From an uncultured bacterium (GTDB lineage Bacteria; Auribacterota; Erginobacteria; Erginobacterales; Erginobacteraceae): a DNA stretch of 28,947 nucleotides. The stretch lies in contig CAYXKT010000018.1 in NCBI GenBank assembly GCA_964465735.1, positions 1 to 28,947 of the forward strand, given 5' to 3'. Under the pieces are notes generated by a model. It did not search any database and was not told where the DNA came from. It worked only from the letters and a program-made list of their open reading frames with translations. Position 1 is the first letter of the stretch, and every line of letters starts with the position of its first letter. Position numbers and translations under genes: made by a program. This document shows, piece by piece, positions 24,066-28,947 of this stretch.

Positions 24066-25007
24066 ATGATGAAATCAGAGACGAAAATTTATCCCCAACC
24101 GGGATCTGCGCGGCGTTTTTCCGTCCTGGCCCTGACTCTGGGGTTGTTGTGCTTCGCCTTCTCCGCCTCGGGTATGCCAGACATTATCCCGGTCTCCACC
24201 GGACTGAGCCTGACTGTCTTTGAGCAGACCGGGGCCATCTTTGAAACCACCTTTGCCTTTGAAGATCTCCTGGCTGAGCGGGCCGAGTTCCTGACCGATG
24301 CCGGCGAGAAATATACTCTCACCACCGATGGCGCCTTGCTGACCATCAGCTGTCTTTACGATAACTCCCGCTCCTATCCGGGGCTGGCGGTGGGGATAGC
24401 GGATGAGCGGACCGTGGTCTCCGAACTGGATTATGGGCCTCTCCCCGGCTATTCCGTCGGGAATAATATCGTCGCTGTCCGCCTCGATGGCAATACCGAT
24501 TTCCCCTCCGGCCTCTGGGCCTCTTTTGTCGCCGATTACTCCCTGGGCGGCGGGGGCGTCGCCGAATCCTGCTCCAACTCCCTCGGGGATCCCGGTTTTT
24601 CCGGACCCTGGGGCGACCGTCACTATACCGCCCTCGGGACTGGAGAGAGTACGATCACACTGGGCTTTTCGCCACTGATCATCGCCTCGGCCAAAATCTC
24701 GGAGACGCCGGACTGGAATGATGATCTGGCCCTGGACATCCAGCTGCCGGAAGGATACTCCCCTTCCCAGGTTGATTTTTATTCGCTGGAACTGGTCCGG
24801 GTTGGTGAGTCGGAGACCGCGATCCGGCCGCTGGGTTGGTGGAATATCCGGGAGAACGGAGACCCCGCCGGTCCGGTCCTCCAGATCGAGTTCAGCCGAG
24901 GAGAGGTTGCGCCCTTCCTTCTTCCCGGTGATAACCTCCTGCTGATCCGGGGCAGCCTTTCCTCTGTTCTTCCCTTCGAGGCTCGGGTAATCCTTCCCGT
25001 TAACTAA
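24066..25007 (+). CDS. Hypothetical secreted protein
   Basis: N-terminal signal-peptide-like RFSVLALTLGLLCFAFSASG and beta-rich body. No family recognised. Confidence 0.65.
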   Translation: MMKSETKIYPQPGSARRFSVLALTLGLLCFAFSASGMPDIIPVSTGLSLTVFEQTGAIFETTFAFEDLLAERAEFLTDAGEKYTLTTDGALLTISCLYDNSRSYPGLAVGIADERTVVSELDYGPLPGYSVGNNIVAVRLDGNTDFPSGLWASFVADYSLGGGGVAESCSNSLGDPGFSGPWGDRHYTALGTGESTITLGFSPLIIASAKISETPDWNDDLALDIQLPEGYSPSQVDFYSLELVRVGESETAIRPLGWWNIRENGDPAGPVLQIEFSRGEVAPFLLPGDNLLLIRGSLSSVLPFEARVILPVN

Positions 25008-25046
25008 GCGGTCCCGGAACGAAAATCTCAAATTACATAGACTTTG

Positions 25047-25122
25047 TCAGCGCGAGGAAGAAGTGGCGAAGCAATCTCATCACAGAACAAACAGATTGCT
25101 TCCTCGTCCCTCCTCGCAATGA
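25047..25122. repeat. Palindromic extragenic element
   Basis: TCAGCGCGAGGA...GAAGCAATCT...AGATTGCTTC...TCCTCGCAATGA. Inner 10-bp arms are perfect; outer arms are near-perfect. Confidence 0.8.
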
Positions 25123-25293
25123 TCTGGCTTCTGGGGTTTTTGTTTAAATTCCGTCGGTGCCCGCCCGGCTGCCGGCAAGAATGCCCGTGCCGCTTTGCTC
25201 TGGGTTACCCCGAATGATCCTGCTTTTGCCCGATCTCGAATTTATTCAGCGATTCAGGCTATTCAAACCGGGGACAGGAACCGGACCGAAGAT

Positions 25294-25698
25294 ATGAATG
25301 AATTTGACGATATGCTGGAGGATGTTGATCGCTTCCTCAACCGGATGTTCGATGTCTCCGGACTCCGCCGTCTTCCCAACCCTGACGGCTGGCACCCTCC
25401 AACCGACCTTTATGAAACTCCCCGGGGTTATCTTCTGATTGTAGATCTGGCGGGGATGGAGCGTAAGGATATCCAGGTCCGGGTGGTTTCGGGGCATTTG
25501 ATCATCAGCGGTGTCCGGCGGCTGCCGATCCCGGCCGATGTCACCGGTTGCCATAACCTGGAGATCTCCAGCGGAAGTTTCCAGAGGGTGCTGGTGATCG
25601 ATGATATCCCCGACAGCGAAAAGATTGAAGCCCGTTACCGCGCGGGCTTCTTAATTATTGAACTGCCGAAAACAAGGGGGAGAGAATGCCGAAAATAA
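25294..25698 (+). CDS. Hsp20/alpha-crystallin family small heat shock protein
   Basis: MLEDVDRFLNRMF, PPTDLYETPRGYLLIVDLAGMERKDIQVRVVSGHLIISG, RVLVIDDIPDSEKIEARYRAGFLIIELPK. Overlaps the lon start. Confidence 0.9.
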   Translation: MNEFDDMLEDVDRFLNRMFDVSGLRRLPNPDGWHPPTDLYETPRGYLLIVDLAGMERKDIQVRVVSGHLIISGVRRLPIPADVTGCHNLEISSGSFQRVLVIDDIPDSEKIEARYRAGFLIIELPKTRGRECRK

Positions 25699-28019
25699 TA
25701 GTCCCCTCCTCAGATCCTATCGGAGAACTGCCGATTCTACCGCTGCGGGATGCCGTGATCTTCCCTCATATGGCCCTTCCCCTTACTGTGGAACGGCCGG
25801 CGTCGATCAAGCTGATCGAGGAAGTCAGCGCTGGAGATAAGATCCTCGGGGTGGTGGCGATGAAAGATGGGAAGAAGGAAGTTCCCGCGGTGAATAACGT
25901 TTACCGGATCGGAACGGTCTGCCGGATCCTGCAGGTTCTGAAACAGCCCTCCGGGCAGCTGATCGTCCTGATTCACGGCCAGGAACGATGCCGGATCGAG
26001 CGCTGGATCCGCCGCCGGCCTTACTGGAAGGCGAAGATTGAGCAGCTCCCCGACCGCTACGAAAAGAGTAAAGAACTGGAAGCCCGGACAGTCAACCTGA
26101 AGAAACTGGCGCTCCGGATTGTCAAGTCATCCCCCGATCTGCCCGAAGAAGTCTCTCGGGCCATCCTCCAGATTACCGAACCGGGCGCGTTACTCGATCT
26201 GCTGGCCGGGGTTTTGAACATAAAAAAGAAGCAGAAACAGGAGATCCTGGAGACGCTGGATATTGAGGAGCGCTTCAAGAAGCTGACCCGGATTTTGACC
26301 CACCAGGGCGAGGTCCTTGACCTCTGTGACAAGATCCAGTCCCAGGTCCAGGAGTCGATCGGGAAATCCCAGAAGGAAGTTTACCTCCGCGAACAGTTGC
26401 GGGCAATCCAGAAGGAGTTGGGCGAGGAGGATGAACGGAAACTGGAAGTCAGGGAGTTCGCCGAGAAGATTGAAAAGGCTCAAATGCCGGAAGAGGCGGA
26501 ACGCGAGGCCCGCAAACAACTCAAGCACCTGGAGATCGGCCACCCCGCTTCGCCCCAGTATGGGGTGGTGAGAACCTACCTGGAGTGGCTGACCGATCTG
26601 CCCTGGTCGAAATCCACCGCGGACCGTTTGGAACTCAGACGGGCTGAACGGGTGCTCGATGAGGATCATTTCGACCTGGAGAAAGTGAAAAAACGGATCC
26701 TGGAGAGTCTGGCGGTCAGGAAGCTCAAGGCGGATCCCCGGGGGCCGATCCTCTGTTTCGTCGGGCCGCCGGGGACCGGGAAGACTTCTCTGGGCCGTTC
26801 GATCGCCCGCGCGATGGGCCGGGAATTCATCCGGATGTCCTTAGGAGGTGTGCGGGACGAAGCCGAGATCCGAGGGCACCGGAGAACTTACATCGGCGCG
26901 CTCCCGGGGAGGATCATCCAGAGCCTCCGGAAGGCCGGGAGCAACAACCCGGTCTTTATGCTCGACGAAGTGGATAAGATCGGGGCCGATTTCCGTGGCG
27001 ATCCTGCCAGTGCCCTGCTTGAAGTTCTTGACCCGGAGCAGAACTACGCCTTCTCCGATCATTATCTGGAGGTGCCCTTTGACCTCTCCCGGGTGATGTT
27101 CATCACTACCGCCAATATCCTCGCCCCGATCCCCGCGCCCTTGCTTGACCGGATGGAGGTTCTGGAGCTGCCCGGTTATACCCAGGAGGAGAAATTGGCG
27201 ATCGCCCGGAAATTCCTCATCCCCAAACAGCTGGTTGAGCACGGTCTGAGGAAATCCCAACTGAAGATCCGGGTTCCGGCTCTAAGAGAAATCATCTCTT
27301 CTTATACCCGGGAGGCGGGCTTGAGGAACCTGGAGCGGGAGATCGCCGCCGTCTGCCGGGCGGTGGCCCGGAAGATCGTTGAGGCGGAGGAGAAAAAATT
27401 CACTGTCGGACCGGCGGATCTGGAAGAATATCTTGGTCCGGTTAAATTTATCCCCGAGATAGCGGAGCGCACCGCCGCTACCGGGGTATCCACTGGTTTG
27501 GCCTGGACCCCCGCCGGCGGTCAGTTGATTTTTGTCGAGGCGACAACGATGCCGGGCAAGGGGGTCCTCCATCTGACCGGGCAGTTAGGCGAGGTGATGA
27601 AGGAATCGGCCCAGGCCGCCTTGAGCTTTCTGCGTTCTCAGGGCGATGATCTGGGTCTCGACCCCGACTACTTCAACCGGCACGACATCCATATCCACGT
27701 CCCGGCGGGAGCGATCAAGAAAGACGGCCCTTCGGCCGGGGTGGCCATTTACTGCGCCCTGTTCTCTCGGCTCAGCGGCCGGAAGGTGAAGAGCGGGGTG
27801 GCGATGACCGGGGAGATCACCCTCCGAGGTCAGGTCCTCCCGGTGGGAGGGATCAAGGAAAAAGCCCTGGCTGCCGCCCGGGCCGGGATCAAGACCATCA
27901 TCCTCCCCGAGCAGAACGAAAAAGATCTGGTGGACCTGCCGGAGACGGTGCGGGGGAAGTTGGGAGTCAAGCTGGTCAAGCGGATGGGCCAGGCCCGGGA
28001 AGTGGCCCTGGAGCCGTGA
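25686..28019 (+). CDS. lon: ATP-dependent Lon protease
   Basis: N-terminal LPILPLRDAVIFPHMALPLTV, Walker A GPPGTGKTSLG, RTYIGALPGRI, catalytic region KDGPSAGVAIYCALFSRLSG with Lys in LPVGGIKEKALAAARAG. Confidence 0.98.
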   Translation: MPKIIVPSSDPIGELPILPLRDAVIFPHMALPLTVERPASIKLIEEVSAGDKILGVVAMKDGKKEVPAVNNVYRIGTVCRILQVLKQPSGQLIVLIHGQERCRIERWIRRRPYWKAKIEQLPDRYEKSKELEARTVNLKKLALRIVKSSPDLPEEVSRAILQITEPGALLDLLAGVLNIKKKQKQEILETLDIEERFKKLTRILTHQGEVLDLCDKIQSQVQESIGKSQKEVYLREQLRAIQKELGEEDERKLEVREFAEKIEKAQMPEEAEREARKQLKHLEIGHPASPQYGVVRTYLEWLTDLPWSKSTADRLELRRAERVLDEDHFDLEKVKKRILESLAVRKLKADPRGPILCFVGPPGTGKTSLGRSIARAMGREFIRMSLGGVRDEAEIRGHRRTYIGALPGRIIQSLRKAGSNNPVFMLDEVDKIGADFRGDPASALLEVLDPEQNYAFSDHYLEVPFDLSRVMFITTANILAPIPAPLLDRMEVLELPGYTQEEKLAIARKFLIPKQLVEHGLRKSQLKIRVPALREIISSYTREAGLRNLEREIAAVCRAVARKIVEAEEKKFTVGPADLEEYLGPVKFIPEIAERTAATGVSTGLAWTPAGGQLIFVEATTMPGKGVLHLTGQLGEVMKESAQAALSFLRSQGDDLGLDPDYFNRHDIHIHVPAGAIKKDGPSAGVAIYCALFSRLSGRKVKSGVAMTGEITLRGQVLPVGGIKEKALAAARAGIKTIILPEQNEKDLVDLPETVRGKLGVKLVKRMGQAREVALEP

Positions 28020-28020
28020 A

Positions 28021-28524
28021 CTATGAGGGGTGGCCGGTAGTTTTGTCTCCGGCCCCGGTCCTCTCCAGGCGATCTTCTGCTTCGCCGATGTAGGCGGCCA
28101 GAGTGTTTCCCGACTGCTCAATCAGGGTCTTCAGGTCGCCGGACTCCTGCCGGAGCTGAGTCAGGACCAGGTCCGTCGATTTCACGGTCCGCGTTTCTTC
28201 TTTTCTCAATCCTTCCTCCAGGACCTCACGTAATTTAGTGTAGCGGGAGGTCTCGGCTTTCTCGGCCAGTTCCCGAGCGGCTTGTATTTGGGCTGCCTGA
28301 CGGCGGGATTCTTTCCGCGCTGCGGCCTGGAGGCCGACCGCGAAGGCGAGAAAGAAGATCGTCAGGGCGGCGGCCAGTCCGAGCATCACCAACCCCAAAG
28401 AGGCGCGGACTGTGGTCACCCCGAGCGAGAGTTCGGCCGGGACGACGAAGATGCCCCAGTTGAGGACCGTGAAAGCGGTGATCACCACCGCGATCAGCAA
28501 TATCACTGTTGAGTAAAATTTCAT
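28021..28524 (-). CDS. Small membrane protein with LapA/DUF1049-like N terminus and coiled-coil tail
   Basis: MKFYSTVILLIAVVITAFTVLNWGIFVV plus a second TM and helical charged tail. Stop is immediately after lon, convergent. Confidence 0.6.
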   Translation of the reverse strand: MKFYSTVILLIAVVITAFTVLNWGIFVVPAELSLGVTTVRASLGLVMLGLAAALTIFFLAFAVGLQAAARKESRRQAAQIQAARELAEKAETSRYTKLREVLEEGLRKEETRTVKSTDLVLTQLRQESGDLKTLIEQSGNTLAAYIGEAEDRLERTGAGDKTTGHPS

Positions 28525-28579
28525 ATCGGCTGGCCTTTATCTCAGAATTGCGGGAGCAAAACTTTATCACACTTTAGCT

Positions 28580-28605
28580 GGATAAAAGTATCTACTGTTT
28601 TATCC
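28580..28605. repeat. Inverted repeat upstream of the LapA-like gene
   Basis: GGATAAAA-GTATCTACTG-TTTTATCC, perfect 8-bp arms. Confidence 0.6.
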
Positions 28606-28710
28606 GCCCGCGGTTGTCATCGCCAGGAGGTCCGAAAACCATCGCCCCGACGAAGCAATCTCCGGGTTGAGATTAGTTTTTCCGTCTTCTCTTGCCGCAG
28701 TCCTCGGTCA

Positions 28711-28947
28711 TCAGTAGGTGAAGAGATCTTCTCGAGTATACTCCCGGCCCGCGGCCCGGGACAGGGCGGAGATTATCTTGAGCTGGACCCGAGAGGTCAG
28801 TCGGCGGCCCCGGCAGGCTCGGGAGACCATTTTGTGGGTGATCTGTTCCGTCGAGGCCGCGACCAGGGCGTGGGGATCGAGGTTATGATCCCGCATTATC
28901 CGGACAATCGGCTGCTCACCCAAGTTTCGTTGGATCTCACTGTTCAT
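28711..28947 (-). CDS. Small conserved-looking hypothetical protein
   Basis: 78-aa ORF opening with ATG exactly at the window edge; the true start could lie further out. ...LVAASTEQITHKMVSRACRGRRLTSRVQLKIISALSRAAGREYTREDLFTY. Confidence 0.65.
   Translation of the reverse strand: MNSEIQRNLGEQPIVRIMRDHNLDPHALVAASTEQITHKMVSRACRGRRLTSRVQLKIISALSRAAGREYTREDLFTY

Noticed and set aside
1-28947. Novel defence or mobile-gene island
   Set aside because: No nucleases, recombinases, toxin-antitoxin pairs, reverse transcriptases or phage genes are recognisable. The novelty is confined to intergenic elements.

Overview
This 28.9 kb window is mostly ordinary chromosomal metabolism and housekeeping from a bacterium I cannot name. 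I recognise: a DUF488 protein; an MBL-fold/rhodanese protein; a two-gene 2-oxoacid:ferredoxin oxidoreductase; an AraC-type response regulator, PAS histidine kinase and receiver-only regulator; PEBP and DJ-1/PfpI proteins; L-lactate dehydrogenase; superoxide reductase; flavodiiron protein; Omp85 (TamA-like) plus TamB; GNAT-like, acetolactate-synthase-like and MarC proteins; a Prx6-type peroxiredoxin; a secreted hypothetical; Hsp20; Lon; and a LapA-like protein. I see no CRISPR array, phage, toxin-antitoxin or defence island. The unusual content is intergenic. (1) There are six copies (five complete, one cut by the window edge) of a nearly identical 161-bp transposase-less element with imperfect terminal inverted repeats and short target duplications, all in the first 12.6 kb and all 5' of genes. 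(2) A 97-bp leader (about 88% identical) is shared by the oxidoreductase and flavodiiron genes, with a shortened version before a secreted-protein gene. Its distal box TTTTGACAGAAC sits exactly 26 nt from the assigned start codons of three genes: oxidoreductase, superoxide reductase and flavodiiron protein. (3) A perfect GTCTCAT-N5-ATGAGAC palindrome is coupled to a TGATATAAT extended -10 and occurs twice. (4) The peroxiredoxin promoter carries a Fur/PerR-like 7-1-7 operator. (5) There are two gene remnants (mscL, copper-type P-ATPase) and several older palindromic repeats. All family calls are from motif recall; no searches were run.
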